Origin: Catajapyx aquilonaris
Lineage: Eukaryota
Direction: 5' to 3'
Length of the DNA stretch: 50,545 nucleotides
Assembly: GCA_000934665.2 (NCBI GenBank)
Contig: JYFJ02000726.1
Location: 62,001 to 112,545, forward strand
Part shown: positions 39,167-50,545 of the stretch, one piece after another
Layout: the number at the start of each line of letters is the position of its first letter
Position numbering within the stretch: position 1 is the first letter of the stretch
Notes under the pieces: model-generated
Told to the model about the DNA's origin: nothing
The model's database searches: none
The model's input: the letters and a program-made list of their open reading frames with translations, nothing else
Position numbers and translations under genes: made by a program

Positions 39167-42100
39167 TCAAGCAACAACCAATTTTTTACCATTGCTGCAA
39201 TGCAAGGAACCGCCGGTAGTGGAGGATGCGGCCCCACCTTTGCGAAACTGTTCAGATGGACCCCAAACACGTACGGTCCCATCATCTGACACGGAGGCCA
39301 GCATCTGGGGAAATGTGGGGTTCCACGTCACACAGTTCACGGTGCGGCTGTGGCCCGCAAGTGTGGCGATTGGGTGCTCCCGTCTCACGTGCCAGATGTA
39401 CACCTTGTTGTCTGCAGGCAAGAGGGTTTCAGGATTCACTACTACGAGGCAGAGGCGTTGTACGTGCCAAATTCCCATTACAGCTACTCATGCAACTTCC
39501 ACCGTAACATGCACACTAGGTGCAACTACATGGAAAATATTCTTAGGCCGGATTACACTGGCTCCCGGAAAATTTGACTGGCTGAAGAAGAGCCCGGTTA
39601 GTTTGTTATTCATTGTTGTTCACAATTCGGTCAACAATGGATAACAAACCATCTCGGCTCTTCTTCGGCCAGACAAATTTTCCGGGAGCCGGTGCAATCC
39701 GGCCTTAGCCTGGAATAAGTCCAGAGCCATAGAGTCAATAGTGCAGTCTTTAAGCCGCGTTTACACACGAGCCATTAGTTCAGCGATGAATCAAATCGAT
39801 TGTTAGCATGATTGTTACTTTCACCCCAAACAACTGGATTCATCGCTCGGCAAATTGCTCACATGTAAAGGCGGCTTTCCATCTTCCCAGATGTCAAACA
39901 CAAAACACATGCTAATACTACAGATCTGCCCTTGTTTGGATACTGGCAGGAATAATGACAGAATAAGCACCTTCGCTGCCACTGGCGACAAAGTCCTGGT
40001 TCACACCTCCAAAGCAGCTATGAATGGTGTAGAAGCCCTGGGTAACGCCCTGGAACTTGCGCACCAGGCAGCGGTCACGTAAGTCCCACAGGTGGACCCC
40101 TTGAGTGGCAACGTTCAAGAGGGCTAGGCGGTCAGCATCATTCACAGTAAATGACATTATGGCATGGCCCTCCTGCAATCTGAAGTCCACGGACAAAAAA
40201 AAGCTATTGTTATTCACATGTAAAAGTAATACCAACAAAATTATCAGGACAAGTCAGTACTACGGCTGCATAGCAAGAATTCAGGTGTGAAATTAATAAT
40301 TGAAGTTCCATGCATGCTCCAATTGTCTCGAAAGAGCCCTGTCCTTGTGTGCTCTCAGAAGTCTAAGTACTTATTTTACTGCAATTTAAACGAAATGGTA
40401 CTGCTTCCTTCCAATATTGTAACTCACATATTGGCATCTGTAAGCTCCTCAAAGTTGTATGAGCGTATCCGGTGGTGAGTATCTGCTGCAAGAACGGTCT
40501 TCCCATCAGCACGGTACCACAGGCACTGCACACGTACGCCTTCCCAAGAATCAAGCACGTTACCCTCCAGGTCCTGAAACAAACATTTTTGAAGTTCAAA
40601 TCTGCATTTATTTGAAATGTACGCTTGGTGACTAGGGAAGTTACTTACACATTGGTAAAACTGTCCCCTGGTACCTCCTGCCACAAATTTCTTCCCATCC
40701 CTGTGCCATGCACAGCAGGTCAGGGAGTCCTCTGGGGATGGGGAGATCTTGTTCCTTAGTTCCCCAGTCTGTGCATTCCACAGCCACAGTTCTGGGCAGT
40801 CATCAGGGCCGCACGCTATCAGGTGGCTCGAGTCAGGGCTCCAGGCAAGGTAAGCCACGCCGTAGTTGTGACCCTCCAAAGTGCGACGATGGTTGCAGGT
40901 CAAGGTCTCCTGCAGGGAAAGAAACAATAACATCTAAATCTCTCCACATTTCAACATAAGATTTTCTGCAGCATGATGTACCATAATTGACTGCATATAA
41001 GACACACCCCCATTTCAGCAGATCATATTTAGGAGGAAAAGGCATTTAGTGTAGTACATACGTATACAAGATGCAGGGCGATTTTTTGAGCAATTTTTGG
41101 GGAAAATTGTGTTTTATATGCCATCAAATGCAGTACCTGGACAAAATAAGAGTTTGACATTTTCAATCATGACGACAACATATCGATGTTGACACCTGAA
41201 AAATGCAGAACTTACAGGATCGACATCCCATATGACAATGGTGGTGTCTTTCGATCCAGTTGCAAGCTTCATCCCATCCGGTGAGAAGCGGCAGAACCAC
41301 ACTTCATCGCAATGTTCTTTCAGGACTTGCACTGTTTCACTGGGGAACTGCTCTCTGAAATGATGCAAGCGGGTGTAATGAATGAATTCTTTGGCGCAAA
41401 AACCAATCTTAACTCTTTACCTGTTGCAGACGTGGTCCACCAGAAGAGAGACATCAAGCCCACCGTCAGATTTGGTATTGTGATATGGACACCTCTTCTT
41501 TTGTAGCTCAACAGCCTGACACAACAATGAGTGTAACCTGCAACAGTTAAGGAAAAGGTTAAACATCAAATCTCTCATACCAGTGTGAATATCTTAACTC
41601 TGTCTTCAACAGTTCTTCGCAACTATGCAGCATCTACTCATTTCTAATCACGGGACAATTCATCTGAGAAATACCAGCTTTATTGATCCACTGGTGCCTC
41701 GTACTTATTTCGTTTCTGGAGGTTGTTTGGAAGAGCAAATGTTAAAACTATAATTAGGAGACATGAACACTTCATACAGGTGAAGCTTCATGTGCAAATT
41801 GCATTGATCAGTTATTTTTCAAAATTTCAACCACCCTAAATCTGTTTTAGAGGCCATCAATTTTTACACAAATCATTGCTGCATTGAATGACCGGGTCTG
41901 TCATCTTAAGAGTATCTATATTATTTTGAATTGGAACACACACAGAGAACCTTCTGGGTGGCAACATGATGGAAGGGGGTAGGAATTCTTGAAGCTTCTC
42001 CATCAGATGGACCCTGGAAGCAGATCCCTTTCCCTCCCATCCTGTCAGCCGACAGAGCTCTTCTTGTCCACTACACATCATGAAGCTGCAGAAAGAGAGC

Positions 42101-45100
42101 AAGGATTAATAAGAACCCTTCACAATCAAAATGTATAAAGCATTTTACCTGCTGAGCTCATGGACCCGTGCAGTGTTGTGCTTGAGTGGAGTTAGCTCAA
42201 AGCGAAGAACATGAAGAGCGTCCAGAACACGACCCTCCTCCAGGGACTCCAGGTACTTTTGTTCCAGCAAGTGAAACTTCATTTCCTGTCGAGGGCATAA
42301 AATTAATCAAAAAGGTACTGTACTTTACAATAAGATCAACTCACCATTAGATTCTGAGGGCTGTCAAGAAGTGAGCTTAGCTCTGTCAAGTCACTCTCAG
42401 CCTGAAATAATTAGCAGTAATCATCACATTATGTCACCAGCTTCTTTCTTAAATGATTTACCTTGCTCCAGTCTCCCTCCATTACATGCTGGCGGAACTT
42501 GGCAGCCACTGGATGATCTAGCCTGCACCCAGACTCTTGCATAAGCAGATCGGCAGTTCGACTAAAGTGAAAAATGTAATGATTTCAAAATCAATTGGAC
42601 TACCAATGTCAAGTTAGGTGTGGGCACAACAATTCAATTCTGACAGAGAAACACAAAAGTATCGTGATAAATTATTAAAATTTTAGCATCCAAAACATCT
42701 TATATTGTGTGAATGTCAACTATCCACTCTATACCAAAATGCATTCCTCACAGATACCTCTGAGAAAATGAAGTTAAACGAGAATATGTGGCACGTACTT
42801 GAGTCCAATGCTCTTGAGGTGCTGACCGATGAGTCTGACAAGCTCTTGGTTGGTCTTGTCAATAGGCTTGGGACGGATGACCTCCCCGTTGAGCTCAGAC
42901 GTTGAAGCTGAATCCCCAGCACCCAGCCCATTTGCTGCATGCTGCCTCTGCTGCACTCCATCTTCCTCTTCCTCTCCTATCGCACACCCTGACGCTCCAT
43001 TGTGCTGAGAACAACCATTTCTCACCATCTGGAAATTCAGTCACCTGCTGTTAGTTTTCAGAAGCATAAAATTGTGCCTGTAAGGTCATACAATTTTAGA
43101 CAATAACTTATTAGTGAATTATTGAATGGTTTCTCATACAAGGCTGATAAAATGTGATCCACGTAGTAATGGTGTGGATCAGTTGGAACAAGTTGTAGCC
43201 AACAAATACTCCACATTTCATTATGAAATACCCTGTCAATGACAATAGCGCGCTTACACCACAGGATTGAACATTAATCATGGCATGCATTATACAGGGT
43301 GTTTCAACTTTTTTGTCCGAACAGTTATCGGAAATATTGCACTATAAGCTACTACTTTGTAAGCAGTGACTTGCAACCGGTTTGTCGGAGGAATGGGAAA
43401 TATTCCCTACGAATCTTAGGTTGAAGTCGCATACACTGCTCACAAAGTAGCAGCTTAATGCAATATTTCCAATAACTGTTCGGACAATAAAGTTTAAACA
43501 CCCTGTATTATCTCATTTGAATATCAGAGCCTTTCAAGGAATGAACTCTGTGGCACTTCACAGCTCTATTCAATGTCTACCTGGCATAATAAAAGAATGA
43601 CACGGACATCACAATACATTCTGAGAAACAAAAGGTGATTCATACTCCCTAAGTGCGATCACCTTGAAGAATGTGCAATATGAGGATAATTGAGAGTGCT
43701 CGGAATTGTTACTATTGCCCGTTAAATATCCTTGAAGTAGCAATCAAGATAACGTGACATTTTGCCTGGCACACTTCAGACAAGGCTTTATTCTAGTGCT
43801 TTCCATACCCTGGCTCCTACTTAAGAAAAAGAGATCCGAGTAATAAGGACACAAGTCAGGCAAACACTATTGGTCTATGCACATTGCACATCCCATCCCC
43901 AATAATAATTTACGCTGACATTCATTACTCTCGGTGAACCATTGGCACCACTTTGGGCAACACAGTGGCATCCATGCTCACCAACAGATGGAAGAAACCT
44001 GATGCGTCATATCTTATATTGCCATACGACTTGCAGTTGTGCAAATTCTTCACTACAAACTTTGGCACAGCATTTGCAGCAATGTCTGCTGACATAAACA
44101 TGCTTTAAACTGTTTAAAGGATCCATACGTTTTGATAAGAATAGCTGCACCTGCTCTACAACCATTAGCACAGCATTCCATGTGTTGGTTTTCAATTACA
44201 ATCATTACACAATCAGCAAGAAGTAGAGGTCATAGTCTAATGCAGAGTAAGGAACTGCAATAATTGTAAAGTGACACTCCAACACTAACTATGACTGTAC
44301 AATTTTCAGGTATCCTGTAACACAACACTGCACTGAGAATGTTACCAGTGATGCCCTCATTAATGATACAACCACCATGCTCTTGCTCCATAGTAATTAT
44401 TGGAGATAGAAAGACAAGGGTACCCAGGTAGGTACCACGTACCTGGACCCTAATTACATGAATATCATTCCTAACACAAGCAATCACATGATTGTTTGGT
44501 TCTACCAAAACAATGCAGGCCAGTCAAGAGGGCAAAAACATGAATCAATATCATGACCATCAACTGGCAATTAATGAAGCAGTCCATGCTTATGAGGTAA
44601 CAATTTCAATTAACATGTTGCAAATGAGAGCTTGCATTCCAAACCAAATGCAAACGGTTTTTTTCTCCACGACACAACACTGTGCTATGAGTGGCTACAA
44701 GAGGCCAATTTTAGCTGTCACCTGCAGTGACCATTAGTCCCTCGCTTATAGTCATGTTTGTACCGGATCAACAATTATTTTTCAAGGGCACAGAGTATGA
44801 CTTCTGCAATACGGTAATGGCCATAATTTTGTCCCGAGTTGTTTGTGTTTGAAGGGCTGGGGTGACTTAAAAATACATTTGCACCTGTTCGTCTGATTTC
44901 AGCACTGCCTGTGAAAATAACCTGCTAAACCTGTACAGTTTCTCATTGTCACATGAGATTTGAACTCAGCTAAACATGAGCCCATCACTCAATGGTAATT
45001 ATCCTGATATACTTGCCATAGTGGAAATTGTTTGTCACAGTGTTTTCCAAGCAAATAGCTGGGATATTGTCTAAAATAAATGACAGACTCCAGCTTCCCG

Positions 45101-47329
45101 AAATACAATACTCAAGAACAGCAGAATTCTATCATCATCATTGTTCTAGTCATTGTTTAGATTATGACAAAATAAGGCAACAAGCATGTGTTTTCTTTCA
45201 TGCAACTTGTTATGTTTGGGACGTGAGGTTGGGAGGATGTCCAAAATATACATAGGCAGTTGAGCAGGTGAGTCAGCAAAAACCATATCCTTTCTTCATG
45301 CTGACAATAGAAGTATTTTGCTTTCTAGTGGTTATTGGCGATTAATATAAGATGCATTTGCTTATAAGGACAGAGGTTGTAACAGTTCAATCCGGTCAAC
45401 TATTTCACTCAATATCTGCTTTTTAAAAAGGTTCCTTCGTTGATGCAATATTTCCTGCACAAAAAACACAGTGATATGTAAAATTTGTGGTTGGCAAAAT
45501 GGTGGCCATAGAATTTATTTACTAATTTCAGTAATTTTTAATAATATTTAGTCAGGTTAATATTAGTCAATGTAGAAATATTTTGCTTCATTTCGTAATT
45601 TACTTTCCTTTTTTATTGCATGAAATTTCTTCTAGAGTACCGGTATAGCTAGACACACATCCTCCAATTCTCATTATTTTGCAACGTAGTGCATATAGCA
45701 TAATTTCTGTCATCCTAAATAAATTACCATTTTGCCAAATATGCGTTGTTGAAAAAACCTAAGATATAGTTTTTGATGCTATTGAAGTCCAATTTAATCA
45801 CATTCTATATTCGCACGGTGCTGCTGCTTATAAGTAAACAACACGGAGTAGAACAAAGAAGCAAAAATAATGTGCAAGGTCAGATTAACAAAAAAAAAAA
45901 AACAATCTAGTGAATTGTTTAATGTGGCCAAGCTCATGAATAACTAATTGCACATATCCTCAGGGACAGGATCACAGCTGCTCTTGAAATCCTAGTCAAT
46001 TTTTCTACTCCCTTGACACTCTAACTAGGTCTAACTTTTGATATAAAAATATATTCATGAGTTTTCAATAAATATGATCATCTTGGATGCAAAACATTGG
46101 CTCATATTAAAGGATGTCTAATTTCAACACCTGCTTATGAAATGGTGTCATCTGCAGATCAGCAGCTGTTGGTAAACTTCCTTAATAAAAGGACATGCAC
46201 TTCCTTTACAACCAGCAATGCCAACCAGCGAAAGTTATAGTCTTGCACGTATATGATCTATAAGTCATACTCCATCAATAATAGAGTATCTATTCCTTTC
46301 TGTCACATCCCACGCATGGAGATTAAATAGTAACGTGGCATCACCGGCCAAGTTTTTCAAAGCCTAACATAAAACTACCATTTTGCTTCCATTTAATTTG
46401 GACCCTAACTGATGTCAGCATAGAAAGTAGCTGTACCTGTGAAGCAGACTTGGTATCCAGCTTAGAAGAAATGTAATTGAAACAAGACAATAAGCTCACC
46501 TAACCTTGGCCTTTCTTCTGAACTATTACTTTGCAAACATCACTGACCTGTGAATAGTAAATACTGAGGGATCAAGGCCACTCAGTGACACAGGGAAAGA
46601 TGCAAACACCTGACTGTGGGGTTATTATGTGATGACTTGACTTGCTCTAATCCAGCAGTCTTCAGCCTATGTACCAGAAGCCTATCTGAAGAGTTCTAGA
46701 ACAGTACATGGGGAAATGGCTGATCTGATTAATCAGATGTCCATTTTAATCATTTACAACTGATAGTTTTTTTCTGGCCCATTATTATTACGCCCGAGAC
46801 GCAGAAACTGAAGTGGGCCACCTGCTCGCGAGAACAGGTGTTTTTGAGCAAATTCGAGCCATTTCAAGCACGCATGAGAAGTCAACGAATGAATGTTGCT
46901 GGAGAATACTGTCAGTGTTCTAGCAAAGTTATCGAAAGCGTCCAGTGGCTGTAACATTGACGACAGCTGCTCTAATCTGATTAAGGCCCATTTACACGAT
47001 GACGGTCGTGACGGAAGTAGGAACAGGCAGCTCCCTGCTGCTACTTTCTTGCAGAGAACGATGACGTTAGGACCGTCATCGTGCAACACTTGCTGCGACG
47101 CCCTCCCTGTATGAAAAATGTAATGGGGACGTACCGCATTCTGCGAGTGCGACGTGGCAGTGATGGCAGTGACGACCGAGGCGGTGTTATTGGCCCCCCC
47201 TCCGCCCCCCCCTCCTGGCGACGCACCCCCTCCAGGTGAAGCCAGACCTGGAGCGGTGGGCTGTTGCTGCTGAGACGCAGTGCTGCTTCCACCCGACTGC
47301 TGCCCTTGCCCTTGCTGTGGCTGGGGCAT
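39167..47329 (-). CDS. WDR26: WD repeat-containing protein 26 (CTLH/GID complex subunit), about 12 exons; AUG-initiated form
   Basis: LisH/CTLH ([26 protein letters not shown]), [53 protein letters not shown] and [14 protein letters not shown]. Exon 1 (47329-47135) joins 43028 in phase 0. Confidence 0.96.
39546..39704. mobile_element. Tourist-type MITE in the last WDR26 intron
   Basis: ~50-bp TIRs ggccggattacactggctcccggaaaatttg.ctggc.gaagaagagcc with a TTA TSD at 39543-39545 and 39705-39707. Confidence 0.85.
39753..39876. mobile_element. Tourist-type MITE related to 29797-29928
   Basis: TIRs agccgcgtttacacacgagc / gctcacatgtaaaggcggct, with tta/ttc flanks. Confidence 0.7.
43295..43505. mobile_element. 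Tc1/mariner-type MITE
   Basis: Long TIRs cagggtgtttcaactttt.tgtccgaacagttat.ggaaatattgca with a TA TSD. Confidence 0.85.
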
Positions 47330-47914
47330 GGTTCCTCTCAGTGGTGGCGGGGACGGGGGGACAGAGGGGGCTGCTGCGCTGCTACTGCTTCTGCTGGTGC
47401 TGCTGCTACTAGTACCGGCTGCGGCGGCGTTGGCAGTGCTTCCACGGCTGCTGCTACTCCCTCCCCTGGACGAAGCGCGGGCCTTCTTGCGCGGTGGCGG
47501 ATCAAGCCCACCGTCGTCCGACTCCCCACTGGAGGCCAGGCTTGCCACTAACTCGCCGTGGTTGGGAGTAGGGTGCGGTGCAGCGGACGGGCGGCGGCGA
47601 CACAGCAGGCCAGCGACACCGCCCGCAGCACCACAGGCCGCCACCAGTCACCACCCAAACCACTACTCTACCCAACCCTACACGACATTATACCTCTCCT
47701 AACAATACTAGGCCTAGGGCAGCCTCCAACAATATTTAAAAAAAAGCAGCCTAGGCTTCCTTCTGGATGATGCTTTGTTGCAATGTTGGGCTGCTGCACC
47801 TTCCCCTTTTCCTTTTTTCCTTCCTCCTGCTAGCTGCTGGCTGCTGGCCACCCCCCACAGGATTTGACCTCTCTTTTGCCCCCTCACTCCCTCAGCTGAC
47901 CGATGTTTTGGTGG

Positions 47915-48078
47915 TGACGTCACGGCCCCAGGATTTTGGACGAGTAGACTCGCCCACCTGCAGCTTCAAGGCCAGCTTCTCCCTGACTTAGCTTCAGAGC
48001 GAGTCTTCGATTGGAAGGGTGGGTGCGTTCGAAAGTGGGTGCGTGCGTCGCGCCCTCTGGTGACGTCACTCACGTCAC
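47915..48078. promoter_or_regulatory. WDR26 promoter region with CRE sites
   Basis: Perfect TGACGTCA at 47915-47922 and 48061-48068, plus a half-site cacgtca, upstream of the GC-rich exon 1. Confidence 0.5.
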
Positions 48079-50545
48079 TCTGTTGATGAAACAAAAAAAA
48101 AAAAACTTGCGATGGGAATAGGCACGTAAACATTATTTAATCGGTATCGATTCGATGCGCACTCGGGAGGAAAAGCACACTGGATTGATTTTTAACCCCT
48201 ACTGTCGAATATGGTGCGACTCATGCCAGCCACACACGAACATGTGTCATATGTTACCATGTGAAATGCGACAGACATTATTACTAGAGAATTCAGAGAA
48301 AACCGACGCGAGCACGGAGAGAACTCATCGCCACTGTTTCTATATAAGAAATATGTGTGTCCCATCCGGGGGATTGAACTCTGAACCTCCGAGCTTGAAT
48401 GCGGTCAGCATCAAAAGGAATCGTAATGAATTATTCTGGAAGAAATCGGTTATAAACTGGGACAATGGATCAATAGTTTTCTCGAGTCAGACTGCCCGTT
48501 GCATGCACTCAAAAAAGCCTTATTCCGCATACTGTACTTAATATAATCATAATAATGTTTCTCTACGTAAGTGTGAGTTTGCCTGGCCTGTGCTTCTCAC
48601 GCTTTTGCATGCTGGCGTGTATACAAGTATACATTTAAAAAAAAACGCACACTGCATTGATTACCCTACCAGGCATGGAAGTTGGACCATCCCACGTCAA
48701 TAAATGGCTAATGCAATATTTAGCTTACCACTTTCTGGTCACGCATTCGGAGCAGTATATAGGCTACTCACATAATTTGATCCTGCATAGCAACAATGCA
48801 TCATTGGATCAGCAATATTGGCAAATGTTACTGCAAAAACATACCATAATCGTTTCATTGATGCCTATATTTATGACAACTCCTATATGATAATAATCAT
48901 CATCGCTGAATGAATTAATTAATTAATTAATCAAGGTTATAGCAAAATTTATTGCCAACAACCTCCATATAAAGAATGCCGAACACGTTGGATTGTGATG
49001 TACCTACCAAGAAAGGGGATTGGATTGTAATATACAGGGAAATGAGCCAAGGATATAGTCTTGTTATTCTTGTATGCTTTTGTTGTCCGACCTTCGTCCC
49101 ACCCATTTATATTTTTGCCGTCGTTTCCTGATAGAGGATATTTCAGTGTCAGTGTTGGACAGTAGAAGCTGCTGGAGAGTGTGTACCAACAGATGGCAGG
49201 TCTGTGTTGCTTCGGTGTTATCAGTGGTCAACACGGCGGTGTTTTCGAAATAATCGGTGTTAATGGTCAGTCCGATAACCACTTGGTTTATCGGTTTCAC
49301 CTTACTTATTTTTTTGACTGAGAACAGGCATGTGTCACTTCAATGCGCATGTTGACACGTGCACATTTTAAAGTTATTGGTCACTGCAATGGAAGGCGCC
49401 CAAATCCTATTTTCCTCTAAAAGTCTAACCGCTGCTAATCCTTTGTCAACATGCATTATCGGGTAAATGAAGCAACCAGTAAATACATTCAAGCCCTGTC
49501 ATTGTCACTATACCGATATGAGCTACCGGTATGACGCTCACTGCAATGCGTGCGATAAGATATGACAATGATTAACCTGCTCTTGCATAATTATGATATA
49601 TATATATGACACTTGGCTTGAAACGTAATATTGCCAGTTGGAATTATGATCAGACCACAATATTTTTATTGCATGAATATTTTTAACTATTATTTTACGC
49701 CATCTGGCCATACTGAGCCAATTACGGCTCTAATGAGAGATTATCGTACATAAATGCATTTTGTGCAAATTTTTGCAAGCTTTGCAAACGAGTAGTTCTT
49801 ACCGTGCATCAGCCTTGAACTGGTAGACTCATTGTTGACATTGTGTCGCGTCGACAGATTGTGCCTTTTGCAGCTATAAACACCAAAGTTATGTGCCCTT
49901 ATGTTTCACACACCTTGCTCATTTCCTGCTAACAAAAATTTTAACAATTAAAATAAATTAGTCAGCCCAATTAACCATATATGAATCATACATATTTCCA
50001 CGACGATTGTGAACTCAAACAAAGGTATCAGCCCCATGGCCACTCAGAAAGGCAACAAAAAAAAAGGGTGGGGGGGAGGGGGGGGGGAGAAAAATTCCTC
50101 CGGTTTGTACAGAGGGCAGATTAGCCCCCCCTCTTCTTCTGAAAAGAAAGTATGCGGGTGTCATGGCATGCGTCCTGGGTTCGTCTCCCTCCCTATCTCG
50201 AGGGGCCACCTGGCAATTGCGCATTCCTTTCCCTCCCCACCCACCCCCTGGCACCCTCTATTCCACCTGCCCTCCCATCAGAGCCTACCCCTGCGTAACA
50301 CTAGGAGCAAGAAGACCACGTGGCAACATAGCGGCAAAAGGCCTCCACCCTAACCATCATCATCATCATCATCATCATCATCGGACGATGCATTTTTTGG
50401 CCCCGGGGAGGACCCCCGGACACCCTCTACCTACTGCATATGTGACACCACAGGCCTTGGCATGATTCGACGAACACTTTGTGCGTATGTCACTGTACGT
50501 GAAAGTATGCGGCGGATCCGTGACCTAATAAGTGTGGAAACAATG

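Noticed and set aside
38757..39644. 295-aa plus-strand ORF
   Set aside because: It is antisense to the WDR26 last exon and 3' UTR, is low-complexity and runs into a MITE.
48355..48400. tRNA gene (B-box-like gagttcaatccccc on the minus strand)
   Set aside because: No cloverleaf or A-box. At most a decayed tRNA-derived SINE head.
50009..50465. ORFs with poly-Gly/poly-His near the window end
   Set aside because: They arise from G/C runs and a (CAT)n microsatellite, with no domain or splice support.

Overview
Gene-dense eukaryotic (animal, probably arthropod) DNA with many short 55-65 nt spliceosomal introns. I reconstructed 12 protein-coding genes by hand: FAM89/LURAP-like, a CYREN/MRI-like Ku-binding microprotein, CCDC85, a Harbinger-transposase-derived gene, its convergent Myb/SANT partner, an unknown 105-aa protein, DPY30, numb, DYNC2LI1, an intronless BC-box/LRR gene, TBCC, CEBPZOS and WDR26 (13 ORFs, counting both members of each coupled pair). 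There are also several MITEs (Tourist/Harbinger, Tc1/pogo, hAT) and two 35-bp tandem arrays. Main observations: (1) an intact two-gene PIF/Harbinger module (6546-9448) whose transposase has lost all three DDE residues, has a host-type DRE/E2F/YY1 promoter, ends in an HCF-1-binding DHDY motif and shows no visible TIRs, suggesting a co-domesticated chromatin-regulator pair; (2) two apparent dicistronic pairs, CEBPZOS/TBCC overlapping as ATGA and FAM89/CYREN-like as TGA-AG-ATG; (3) an open, AUG-free N-terminal extension of WDR26 carrying PPPRKKARAS, resembling the vertebrate non-AUG extension. All homology calls come from recalled sequences, not from database searches.
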